From: an uncultured Spirochaetales bacterium
GTDB taxonomy: Bacteria > Spirochaetota > Spirochaetia > CAZEKV01
DNA: 50,073 nt
Direction of reading: 5' to 3'
NCBI GenBank assembly: GCA_964512945.1
Contig: CAZEKV010000001.1
Span: forward strand, 1 to 50,073
Of the stretch, positions 20,186-29,392 are shown piece by piece. The notes under the pieces were generated by a model. The model was not told where the DNA came from and searched no databases. It was given only the letters and a program-made list of their open reading frames with translations. The position numbers and the translations under genes were made by a program. The first letter of the stretch is position 1. Every line of letters starts with the position of its first letter.

Positions 20186-20929
20186 ATGTTGTTAAAGGAT
20201 AAAAAAGCCCTTGTAACCGGGGGAGCCAGGGGAATAGGAAGAGAGATAGTTATAAATTTTCTCAAAAACGGGGCTTCTGTCTATTTTGTAGATCTGAACG
20301 AGAGTGAGTCCATGGGAGAATATGAAGAACTTGCGAAAAGCAATGGATGTTACGTAAAATTCAGGAAATGCAATGTAGCGAATGAGGAAGAGGTAACTGG
20401 TGTTGTAAAGGAAATTCAAGAAGAGAGCGGGGGGCTTGATATCCTGGTTAATAATGCGGGTATTACAAGGGACGGCCTTCTAATGCGAATGTCCTCAAAA
20501 GATTGGAATGATGTTTTAACGATCAATCTTACCAGTGCTTTTTTTATTTCTAAACTGGTTTCGCGTCAGATGATGAGGCAGAAATCGGGGTCGATAATAA
20601 ATGTTGCTTCAATAGTCGGTATTATAGGTAATGCCGGGCAGTGTAATTATTCCGCCTCAAAGGCGGGGCTTATCGGTTTTACAAAGAGTCTTGCCAGGGA
20701 AATTGGTTCAAGAAATGTCCGTGTAAATTCGGTTGCCCCGGGTTTTATTCACACACCGATGACGGATAAGTTAAGTGAAGAACAGCAGGCAAAAATGAAG
20801 GCCTTAATTCCCATGGGACGCTATGGGGAACCTGCCGAAGTAGCTGATGTTATAACATTTCTGGCCTCGGATATGTCTTCTTATCTTACGGGACAGGCAC
20901 TCCACATCGCCGGTGGAATGGGAATGTGA
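20186..20929 (+). CDS. fabG: 3-oxoacyl-[ACP] reductase (SDR family)
   Basis: TGGARGIGREI cofactor motif, NNAG and YSASKAG catalytic YxxxK. ATG 20186 is preferred over 20174. Confidence 0.8.
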   Translation: MLLKDKKALVTGGARGIGREIVINFLKNGASVYFVDLNESESMGEYEELAKSNGCYVKFRKCNVANEEEVTGVVKEIQEESGGLDILVNNAGITRDGLLMRMSSKDWNDVLTINLTSAFFISKLVSRQMMRQKSGSIINVASIVGIIGNAGQCNYSASKAGLIGFTKSLAREIGSRNVRVNSVAPGFIHTPMTDKLSEEQQAKMKALIPMGRYGEPAEVADVITFLASDMSSYLTGQALHIAGGMGM

Positions 20930-21663
20930 TTCCTTTCGATCTTAATGTAATTGCCTCAAGGTTGGAGGGTCTGGAAGAAACGATTATCTATAAGTTGATT
21001 AACCGGGCACAGTTCAGGGTTAATGAAGCGGCTTATCTTGAAGGGAAAAGCGGATTCGGTGACGGAGAGGGGAGGAGTCTTTTTCGCTTAAGGCTTCTGT
21101 ATCAGGAAGAATTTGATGCAAAATTCGGCAGGTACTGCGTTCCTGAGGAAAGGCCTTTTTGCAGCGACCTGCCCGAAGCAAAAAGGGCGGTTACTCTTGT
21201 TGATAAGGATCTGTCAATTAGCGATTATAATCTAGTTAATTTAACGGATAAAATTGAGAAGAGTTATCTGTTGTTGATAAAAAAAATATGCCTTCCAGGG
21301 GATGACAGTCAGTATGGATCCAGTGTGGATCATGATGTTCATGCCCTCCAGGCAATTTCCAGACGGATACATTACGGTGCCATGTTTGTTGCAGAGAGTA
21401 AGTACCGGATGGATCCCCATGCCTACCGCCAGTTAATAGATAAAAAAGACAAAAAGGCTCTGATGGAGCTGCTTACAAGGCGGGAAGTGGAAGAAAAAAT
21501 CCTATGCAGGGTAAAGGAAAAAGTGGCCTATGTGCAGGCTGCATCCAATAGATCTGTGCGGCGTTTAATTGATGCGGAGGCAGTTCTGGAATACTACAAG
21601 GAATACATAATTCCCCTGACAAAAGAGGGACAGATAATTTATTTGCTGAACAGGGGGGTATAG
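20926..21663 (+). CDS. eukaryote-type (AroQ delta class, Aro7-like) chorismate mutase
   Basis: 245 aa. LEGLEETIIYKLINRAQF at the N-terminus. ALQAISRRIHYGAMFVAESKY..., EEKILCRVKEK... and IIPLTKEGQIIYLLNR parallel yeast Aro7 as I recall it. GTGA overlap with the fabG stop. Confidence 0.65.
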   Translation: MIPFDLNVIASRLEGLEETIIYKLINRAQFRVNEAAYLEGKSGFGDGEGRSLFRLRLLYQEEFDAKFGRYCVPEERPFCSDLPEAKRAVTLVDKDLSISDYNLVNLTDKIEKSYLLLIKKICLPGDDSQYGSSVDHDVHALQAISRRIHYGAMFVAESKYRMDPHAYRQLIDKKDKKALMELLTRREVEEKILCRVKEKVAYVQAASNRSVRRLIDAEAVLEYYKEYIIPLTKEGQIIYLLNRGV

Positions 21664-21796
21664 GATTCGTTTTTTTACTTCTGTGTCTGGTTTTCCGGTT
21701 TTTCCTGTATTCTATATGTAGAAAATATTTTATGACAAAATAATATTTGGAAATAACCCCTTGTTATAGAACGGGATTCTGGTTTATAATTCCCCT

Positions 21797-23314
21797 ATGC
21801 TTGTAATTGATGGAAATTCTCTCAAGATTAGTGATGTCGTGGCTGTTTCGAGATTCAACAGAAAAGTTTCTCTCGACCCCGCTGCGGTTTCAGGGATCAA
21901 AAAATCCAGAGCCTTTGTAGAGAAAATTTTAGCTGAAAAAAGGATCGTATACGGGGTAACTACGGGTGTCGGTGAGCTTGTAAATCAATGTATTTCTCCT
22001 GAAGATGCCGAAACCCTTCAAAAGAATTTGATTCGAAGCCACTCAACAAATGTAGGGGAAGCCTTTCCTGAAGATGTTGTAAGGGCTATTATCTTGCTGA
22101 GGGCGAATGCACTCGCAAAGGGCTTTTCTGGGGTCAGGCTTGTTGTCATAGAAACCCTTATAGAGCTCCTTAATAAAAACATATATCCCTTTATTCCGGA
22201 GAAGGGTTCTGTGGGCGCAAGCGGCGATCTTTCCCCCCTGTCCCATCTTGCCCTTGTTCTTATGGGAGAAGGGGAATGCCTCGTTGAGGGGAAAAGGGTT
22301 CCTTCCCTTGAAGTCTTTGTTAATTCCAGTATATACCCTATAATTCTCAAGGCAAAAGACGGCCTGGCTCTTATCAATGGAACCCAGGTTATGGCCTCAA
22401 TAGCCTGCCTGGTTGTTGAAGAGGCGGAACTTTTGTTGAAGAATGCCCAGATAGCCGGGGCAATGAGTCTTGAGGCTCTGAAGGGAACATCGAAGGCTTT
22501 TGACGAAAAAATCCACCTTGTTCGGCCCCATGCAGGACAGATTAAGTGTGCTGCTAATATGAGGAAAATAGTAGCGGGGAGCGAAATTATAGCCTCCCAT
22601 AAAAATTGTGAAAAAGTCCAGGATGCCTACACCCTCAGGTGCATTCCCCAGGTTTACGGGCCTATAATGGAAACCATTGAGTACGCGAAGAATGTATTAA
22701 GCATTGAAATCAATTCCGCAACGGATAACCCCCTGGTTTTTGCAGATTCCGAAGAGGTTATATCGGGGGGGAACTTCCACGGGGAACCCCTTGCTTTTAT
22801 AATGGACTATCTTGGTATAGCCCTCTCGGAGATTGGAAATATTTCCGAACGTACAACTGACAGGCTTGTAAATCCCCATCTTTCGGGGCTTCCCCCGTTT
22901 TTGACAAAAGGCGATGGCCTTAACTCAGGCTTTATGATTTCTCAATATACAGCGGCAGCCCTTGTTTCAGAAAATAAGATTCTTGCCCATCCGGCATCGG
23001 TTGATTCAATACCGACCTCTGCAGGACAGGAGGATCATGTAAGTATGGGAAGCATCGCAGCCCGGCATGCCTGGGAGATTCTCAAAAATCTGGAAAATGT
23101 TCTTGCTATTGAAATGCTGTCGGCAGCCCAGGGGGTCGATTTTCAGGAGCTCCTCCCCGGGGAGGGGACGAAAGCGGCACATGATCTGATCAGACAGAGT
23201 ATTTCCCATTTAGCGGAAGACCGCATTATGTATCTGGAGATTGAGAAGATGAGAGAGCTCATTGTAAGCGGAAAGATTGTGAATGCTGTTGAAAAGGTTG
23301 TCGGGGAATTATAA
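21797..23314 (+). CDS. hutH: histidine ammonia-lyase
   Basis: MIO-forming [16 protein letters not shown] motif and NFHGEP; 505 aa. Confidence 0.92.
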   Translation: MLVIDGNSLKISDVVAVSRFNRKVSLDPAAVSGIKKSRAFVEKILAEKRIVYGVTTGVGELVNQCISPEDAETLQKNLIRSHSTNVGEAFPEDVVRAIILLRANALAKGFSGVRLVVIETLIELLNKNIYPFIPEKGSVGASGDLSPLSHLALVLMGEGECLVEGKRVPSLEVFVNSSIYPIILKAKDGLALINGTQVMASIACLVVEEAELLLKNAQIAGAMSLEALKGTSKAFDEKIHLVRPHAGQIKCAANMRKIVAGSEIIASHKNCEKVQDAYTLRCIPQVYGPIMETIEYAKNVLSIEINSATDNPLVFADSEEVISGGNFHGEPLAFIMDYLGIALSEIGNISERTTDRLVNPHLSGLPPFLTKGDGLNSGFMISQYTAAALVSENKILAHPASVDSIPTSAGQEDHVSMGSIAARHAWEILKNLENVLAIEMLSAAQGVDFQELLPGEGTKAAHDLIRQSISHLAEDRIMYLEIEKMRELIVSGKIVNAVEKVVGEL

Positions 23315-23333
23315 AATCATTCAGGAGATAAGT

Positions 23334-25019
23334 ATGAGACCAATATATATGGACGAGAAACCGGATAAACCCATAAGGGCTCTTCGTGGGAACACCCTTC
23401 GTGCAGCGACATGGGAGGCTGAAGCGGCTTTGAGGATGCTCGAAAACAATCTGGATCCGGAAATTGCTCTTCTTCCCGATCAGCTTATTGTCTATGGAGG
23501 CTCGGGAAGAGCCTGCCGGAACTGGCGTGAATTTAATAAAATCGTCAGATCCCTTAAAAATCTAAAATCCGATGAAACCCTGCTGATACAATCCGGGAAA
23601 GCAGTTGGAATAATAAGAACATATGAGGACAGCCCCAGGGTTTTGATTGCGAACAGCAATATTGTTCCCGCATGGTCAACCCCCGAAAATTTCTCAAAAT
23701 ACGACGCTATGGGGCTTACAATGTATGGGCAGATGACAGCAGGAAGCTGGATATATATCGGAACCCAGGGGATCCTTCAGGGAACATATCAAACCCTGGC
23801 GGCTCTTGCTGATAAACACTTGGGGGGGTCTCTTGCGGGCCGCCTTGTTTTAACCGGCGGTATGGGGGGCATGAGCGGGGCTCAGCCCATGGCCGTAACA
23901 ATGAACGGTGGTGTTGTTATCAATGTGGAGGTTGATTCTGAAAGGATTAAAAGGAAAATAGATGAGGGCTACTGCGACAAAATGACCGCCTCTATTGATG
24001 AGGCTCTCAGGTGGGCGCAGGAGGCTGTAAAGAATAAAATCCCCCTCTCCATAGGTCTTGTGGGTAACTGTGCGGTTGTGTATCCTGAGCTTTTAAAGCG
24101 GGGGATTATTCCCGATATAGTTACCGACCAGACCTCGGCTCATGACCTTCTGGATTATGTGCCGATAGGCGACCTCGAAGAAACAGGTATTTTGCGGTTA
24201 AACAATCCCGGGGAGTATAGAAAACTTTCCATGGAGGCAATTCTTAAACACACCGAGGCCATACAGCAGATGCAGGAGAAGGGGAGCATTGCCTTTGATT
24301 ACGGTAATAATCTGAGGGGGCAGGCCGAAAAGGGAGGGCTTAAGGTCAGGAAGGATAACGGGGATTTTATTTATCCTGGATTTGTTCCCGAATATATACG
24401 CCCCCTTTTTTGCGAGGGTCGGGGGCCTTATAGGTGGGCGGCTCTATCGGGAGAAATTTCTGATATAAAAAAACTTGATGATCTCGTTCTGGAAATGTTT
24501 CCTGAGGATGATATTCTTAGAAAGTGGATAGAAGTAGCCGGAGACAGGATCCCCCAGATAGGTCTTCCCTCCCGTGTCTGCTGGCTGGGGCTGGGAGAAC
24601 GGGCGGATTTTGCTCTTAGAATGAATGATATGGTAAAAAAAGGCGAACTCAAAGCCCCTATTGTTATCGGACGGGATCATCTCGACTGCGGCTCGGTTGC
24701 TTCTCCAAACCGGGAAACCGAGGCCATGAAGGATGGAAGCGATGCAATAGCAGACTGGCCTCTTTTAAATGCTCTGACGGCTTCGGCCTGCGGTGCCGAC
24801 TGGGTTTCCATACATAACGGAGGGGGTGTCGGAATAGGAAACTCAACCCACACGGGGCAGGTTATTGTTGCCACGGGGAGTGATAAAAAAGCTGTTCGGC
24901 TTGAGCGGGTTCTTACGGCGGATCCCATGACGGGAGTTTTCCGTCATGTTGATGCCGGCTATGACCGGGCATTAAAGTTTGCGAAAAAAATGAATCTCAA
25001 TATCCCCGGACTGGAGTAA
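23334..25019 (+). CDS. hutU: urocanate hydratase
   Basis: [33 protein letters not shown] 23334 lies behind an AGGAGA SD. The track start 23283 would overlap hutH by 32 nt and is unlikely. Confidence 0.9.
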   Translation: MRPIYMDEKPDKPIRALRGNTLRAATWEAEAALRMLENNLDPEIALLPDQLIVYGGSGRACRNWREFNKIVRSLKNLKSDETLLIQSGKAVGIIRTYEDSPRVLIANSNIVPAWSTPENFSKYDAMGLTMYGQMTAGSWIYIGTQGILQGTYQTLAALADKHLGGSLAGRLVLTGGMGGMSGAQPMAVTMNGGVVINVEVDSERIKRKIDEGYCDKMTASIDEALRWAQEAVKNKIPLSIGLVGNCAVVYPELLKRGIIPDIVTDQTSAHDLLDYVPIGDLEETGILRLNNPGEYRKLSMEAILKHTEAIQQMQEKGSIAFDYGNNLRGQAEKGGLKVRKDNGDFIYPGFVPEYIRPLFCEGRGPYRWAALSGEISDIKKLDDLVLEMFPEDDILRKWIEVAGDRIPQIGLPSRVCWLGLGERADFALRMNDMVKKGELKAPIVIGRDHLDCGSVASPNRETEAMKDGSDAIADWPLLNALTASACGADWVSIHNGGGVGIGNSTHTGQVIVATGSDKKAVRLERVLTADPMTGVFRHVDAGYDRALKFAKKMNLNIPGLE

Positions 25020-25106
25020 GCGCTTGTTTTAAGATTCCGGTTTTTCTAATAATACGGCCGGGGAGGTTATATCATTTTTTCCCGTTGCTAAAAAAAGAGG
25101 GTGGTT

Positions 25107-26783
25107 ATGGAAAAAATAATTGAATGCGTTCCTAATTTCAGTGAAGGCCGCAATATGGACATCATAAACAAAATAACTGATGAGATAAAATCAGTTGAAG
25201 GGGCTGTCCTCCTTGACGTTGATCCGGGGAAAGACACAAACAGGACTGTTGTTACTTTTGTGGGGACACCGGATATTGTTGTAGAGGCTGCGTTTAGAGC
25301 CGTAAAAAGGGCTTCTGAATTAATAGACATGTCTACCCATAAGGGCTCCCACCCAAGGATGGGTGCTACTGATGTTTGCCCCCTTATTCCGGTAAGCGGA
25401 ATTACAAAAGAAGAATGTGTTAAGTATGCTCAAAAACTTGCTGAAAGAATCGGTACTCTTGGGATTCCCGTTTATCTTTACGCCCATGCGGCGGTTAGAC
25501 CGGAAAGGAAGAAACTGCCGGATATAAGAAAGGGTGAATATGAGGCTCTGTCCGAAAAGATGAAAGATCCCGATTTTGCACCCGATGCAGGTTCGGCGGA
25601 ATTTAATTCCAAATCGGGAGCAACCGCTGTCGGTGTCAGGGATTTTATGCTTGCCTACAATATAAATCTTAATACAAAAGAAAAGAAATTTGCCCGTGAA
25701 ATTGGAATGAATATAAGGGAAAAGGGTAGGGCAAAAAGGGATAAAAGGGGAAAGATTATCCGTGACGAAAACGGTAAGTCGATTATTATTCCTGGAAAAC
25801 TGAAGTACTGTCAGGCTGCGGGCTGGTACATAGAAGAATATGGATATGCCCAGGTGACAATGAATCTGCATAATTACAGCGTAACAGGTCTTCATACAGC
25901 CTTTGATACCGTTTGTGAAGAAGCTGCAAAGTTTGGTCTGCGTGTTACAGGCAGTGAGCTTGTCGGTCTTCTCCCCAAAAAGGCTCTCCTCGATGCGGGA
26001 AAACATTATCTTTCTAAGCAGGGCAGGAACACAGGGATTCCTGAAAAAGAAATTATTCACATGGGAATTATCTCCCTCGGCCTGAACGATACCACGCCTT
26101 TCGATCCTGAAAAAAGAATTATCGAGTATTGCATCGAGAATAAAGAGGGCAAACTTATAAGTTTGAGAATAGAAGAGTTTGTTGATGAGCTTTCTTCCAA
26201 TTCGCCCGCCCCGGGGGGCGGGAGTGTTTCGGCATTAAGCGGGGCTCTCTCGTCCGGGCTTTCTTCCATGGCCGCCGCCCTTACCTTTGGAAAAGAAGGA
26301 TACAAACGTTATAACGGGATGATGGAAGATCTCTCTGTTGCCGCTCAAAATTTCAAAAGAAAATTCCTGACTTTAGTCGATGAAGATACGGAAGTTTTTA
26401 ACAGCTATATGGTGGCTGTTTGTCTTCCAAAAAAAACCGACAAAGATAAAGAAAAAAGGGAGGAGGCAATTGAAGCTGCTGCAAAAAAGGCGGCAGAAAT
26501 CCCATTTCAAACCCTTATGCTTTGTGATCCCCTGATGGATCTGTCGGATAAGGCGGCAAAAAACGGGAATAAGAATACCCTTTCAGATGTTGCGGTCTGT
26601 GCTATTCAGGCCGAGGCTGCCGCCGAGGGAGCATGGATGAATGTCATTATAAATCTTTTATCGATTAAGGATGAAAAATTTAGAAACCGCATCAGGGAAG
26701 AATCGGATAGGATTTTAAAAAGTGTCAAACATAAACGAAAAAGAATTGTAAATTTTATTAAGAAGAAATTGCTGAATGGATAA
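25107..26783 (+). CDS. ftcD: bifunctional glutamate formimidoyltransferase / formimidoyl-THF cyclodeaminase
   Basis: The N-terminus MEKIIECVPNFSEGR is the formiminotransferase signature. C-terminal to roughly residue 340 is a helical cyclodeaminase-like domain (SNSPAPGGGSVSALSGAL). Confidence 0.85.
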   Translation: MEKIIECVPNFSEGRNMDIINKITDEIKSVEGAVLLDVDPGKDTNRTVVTFVGTPDIVVEAAFRAVKRASELIDMSTHKGSHPRMGATDVCPLIPVSGITKEECVKYAQKLAERIGTLGIPVYLYAHAAVRPERKKLPDIRKGEYEALSEKMKDPDFAPDAGSAEFNSKSGATAVGVRDFMLAYNINLNTKEKKFAREIGMNIREKGRAKRDKRGKIIRDENGKSIIIPGKLKYCQAAGWYIEEYGYAQVTMNLHNYSVTGLHTAFDTVCEEAAKFGLRVTGSELVGLLPKKALLDAGKHYLSKQGRNTGIPEKEIIHMGIISLGLNDTTPFDPEKRIIEYCIENKEGKLISLRIEEFVDELSSNSPAPGGGSVSALSGALSSGLSSMAAALTFGKEGYKRYNGMMEDLSVAAQNFKRKFLTLVDEDTEVFNSYMVAVCLPKKTDKDKEKREEAIEAAAKKAAEIPFQTLMLCDPLMDLSDKAAKNGNKNTLSDVAVCAIQAEAAAEGAWMNVIINLLSIKDEKFRNRIREESDRILKSVKHKRKRIVNFIKKKLLNG

Positions 26784-28029
26784 TATTGATCTGCTTGTTG
26801 AGAATTCCTCTTTTTTGTTAACTATGAGGGGGGGGCGGACTCCCCGTTCCGGGAAAGATCTGGGGGACAACGGGGAGATAAAGAATGGTGCCATTGCCGT
26901 TAGTAATGGGATTATTATTGAAACCGGCACGACAGAAGAAATCAGTAGAAAATACAAAAATCCAAAAAATCTGATAAATGCCCGGGGACACCTCGTAATG
27001 CCGGGGTTTGTAGACTGCCATACTCATCTTGTTTTTGGGGGCTCAAGGGAAAATGAAATGAGAATGCGGCTGAACGGGGCGAGTTATCTGGATATACTTA
27101 AAGCGGGCGGGGGCATACATTCAAGCGTTAGGGAAACAAGAAAAATAGAAGAAGAAGAGCTTTTTCAGGTATCAAAAAAGAGGGTTCTCAGAATGCTGGC
27201 TCACGGGACAGGCACTATTGAAATAAAATCAGGATATGGTCTTGATAAAGAAACGGAAGATAAAATATTAAGAGTGGCGGATCGCATTGACAGAGAACTA
27301 CCTGCCGATATTGTAAAAACATTTCTTGGAGCCCATACCATTCCGGAAAATACCGACAGAAACACTTATATTTCCTGGCTCAAGACCGGGGCTCTCGAAT
27401 ATTTCAGGGACAAAGCCGGGTTCTTTGATATTTTTTGCGAAGATGGGGCATTCTCCCCGGAAGAGACATTCTCGATCCTTAAGGCGGCTAAAAACGCGGG
27501 TTTCCGCTTGAAAATTCATGCGGGGCAGTTCAGTGATTCCGGCATTGTCGGTCTTGTTGCTTCTTCCATCGGCTGTCTTTCAGCTGATCATCTTGATATA
27601 ATATCAGATGATCAGCTGAAGATAATGGAAAAAGAGAAGATTATTGCAGTATTCCTCCCGGGAGCCTCTTTTTATCTGGGGATGGATAAGTTCCCTGATG
27701 TTAACCGGTTTAAGAATATTCCGATAGCACTGGCAACAGATTTTAATCCTGGATCCTGCCCCTCTTTTTCGATGCAGATGATGGTTTCTCTGGCGTGTCT
27801 CAAGATGAAAATGAGTCCTGAAGAGGCTCTTTCTGCATCAACAATCAACGCAGCGTGGGCAGTTGGGAAGGGTCTCGAAACAGGATCTCTGGAGGCCGGG
27901 AAAAAAGCGGATATCCTCATAATGGATGTTAAAAATTCGGCGGAGATTCCATACTATTTCGGATGCAACCTTGTCAGAACCCTTATTAAAGACGGTAATG
28001 TTCTGCGGCTGGGGTCGGGAGAGTCTTAA
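26776..28029 (+). CDS. hutI: imidazolonepropionase
   Basis: Amidohydrolase metal site VDCHTHLVFGG, then KIHAGQF, ADHL and ATDFNPGS. 8-nt overlap with ftcD. Confidence 0.9.
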   Translation: MDNIDLLVENSSFLLTMRGGRTPRSGKDLGDNGEIKNGAIAVSNGIIIETGTTEEISRKYKNPKNLINARGHLVMPGFVDCHTHLVFGGSRENEMRMRLNGASYLDILKAGGGIHSSVRETRKIEEEELFQVSKKRVLRMLAHGTGTIEIKSGYGLDKETEDKILRVADRIDRELPADIVKTFLGAHTIPENTDRNTYISWLKTGALEYFRDKAGFFDIFCEDGAFSPEETFSILKAAKNAGFRLKIHAGQFSDSGIVGLVASSIGCLSADHLDIISDDQLKIMEKEKIIAVFLPGASFYLGMDKFPDVNRFKNIPIALATDFNPGSCPSFSMQMMVSLACLKMKMSPEEALSASTINAAWAVGKGLETGSLEAGKKADILIMDVKNSAEIPYYFGCNLVRTLIKDGNVLRLGSGES

Positions 28030-28050
28030 AGCAGATTGAGATTGGAAAGT

Positions 28051-29139
28051 TTATATATTTATCCTGTATATGGGGAACATTCCTGTTTTACCCTTTATTT
28101 TTATATTATCAATAATTCTGGCATCAATATTTTTGCTTATTTTTAATTTTGTATTCTCTGTAATTAATATTGGATGATTGTAGGTCTTTGTCAGACTCTC
28201 GACTCTTGAAGCAAGGTTGACTGCGTCTCCAATAACCGTGGTTTGCATTCTTGACTTATCCCCGATGGTTCCGAGGAGAATGTCGCCGGTATTTATTCCT
28301 ATTCCAAACTTAAGGGCTATATTAAATTTCTTGTATATCGGATTGTTTTTATCTTTTGTTAATCCCACCATTTCAATTCCGGCATTTATTGCATCCGTAG
28401 CTGCGGGGAAAAGTGCCATTGTAGCATCCCCGATGAATTTATCGATAAAGCCATTATTGTTTTTTATTATTGGGTTCATCAGTTTTAGATACGTGTTAAG
28501 GAATTTGTAATTATCAGATAGTGACAATTTTTCCGAAATCCCCGTAAAATTCCTTATGTCGGAAAATAGAATTGTCATTTCTTTGTTTATATACTTGTCA
28601 AGACCAATATGTTTTTCATTATGTTCCTGTTTTATAAAATTCAAAAATTCGGCAGGAACGAATTTATAGAATATATTTATTTTTTTTGATAATTCTTTAT
28701 TTATCCTTGTCAGCTCGGCAGTTGTTACATCCAGGGCTCTATTATTATAAAAAATTGATATAGCCTGTTTTACAGCCATAATCAAATCTTTTTCTTCCCA
28801 TGGCTTTGTTATGTATCTGGAAAGTTTTGCATTGTTTATTATATTAGCAACGGCATTTAAATCTGCATGTCCGGTTAAAAGTATCTTTTCGCTGTCTGGA
28901 TACAAACTATGTATTTCAATTAATAGCTTATCCCCGTTTATCTGGGGCATTATGTGATCCGAGATAATCAAAGGAATCTCCACATCGGATCTATGCATTT
29001 TTTTGATTATTTCAATCGCAGTACCGCTGTTTTCTATCGCTTCGATTGAAAAAGAGTCTTCGAATTCTTTTTTTAGCAGTTTTTCCAGATCTCTTAATAC
29101 GATAAGCTCATCCTCAATGCAGACGATAGTCGGCCTCAT
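28051..29139 (-). CDS. response-regulator receiver domain fused to a class III adenylate/guanylate cyclase
   Basis: REC: IVCIEDE... ISDHIMPQINGDKLL ... KPW. Cyclase: MTILFSDIRNFTGISE, FIGDATMALF, GINTGDILLGTIG, VIGDAVNLASRVE. Confidence 0.85.
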   Translation of the reverse strand: MRPTIVCIEDELIVLRDLEKLLKKEFEDSFSIEAIENSGTAIEIIKKMHRSDVEIPLIISDHIMPQINGDKLLIEIHSLYPDSEKILLTGHADLNAVANIINNAKLSRYITKPWEEKDLIMAVKQAISIFYNNRALDVTTAELTRINKELSKKINIFYKFVPAEFLNFIKQEHNEKHIGLDKYINKEMTILFSDIRNFTGISEKLSLSDNYKFLNTYLKLMNPIIKNNNGFIDKFIGDATMALFPAATDAINAGIEMVGLTKDKNNPIYKKFNIALKFGIGINTGDILLGTIGDKSRMQTTVIGDAVNLASRVESLTKTYNHPILITENTKLKISKNIDARIIDNIKIKGKTGMFPIYRINI

Positions 29140-29392
29140 ACAGCAGTACCCCTATTTATATTTTGAGTTCAAAAATATGTTCGGATCTATTTTCGCTGCG
29201 ACGGAATATTTTCTAGACTTTTAACCCCATATTTATTCCTCCCGCAAGCATCCTTTTGATGAATTATTGTGGATAAAGAATTTTATAGCAAATTTTATTT
29301 CAAGGAATTGCAAATTTATCAGCTATTTTGTAAACTTTCGAATGTCCTGTCTGTCCGCCTGTAATTACCTCGAAGAGGGTTTTAATTTCCTA

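Noticed and set aside
25320-26060. 246-aa minus-strand ORF antisense to ftcD, and similar long antisense ORFs at 3446..3928, 7158..7643, 8825..9319 and 15123..15455
   Set aside because: Each lies wholly inside a gene with strong family motifs on the other strand. The translations are Ser/Phe/Cys/Ile-biased, as expected from reverse reading of GAA/AAA/GGG-rich codons. None has an SD.
26828-26835. Homopolymeric G8 tracts (26828-26835 in the hutI 5' region, 20078-20085 in the glnN-fabG spacer) and similar G7 runs in lpd, atpA and hutU, as phase-variation switches
   Set aside because: G6-G8 runs are frequent throughout the GC-richer genes because of heavy GGG (Gly) and AGG/GGG codon use. All coding examples are in frame, and there is no contingency-gene context.
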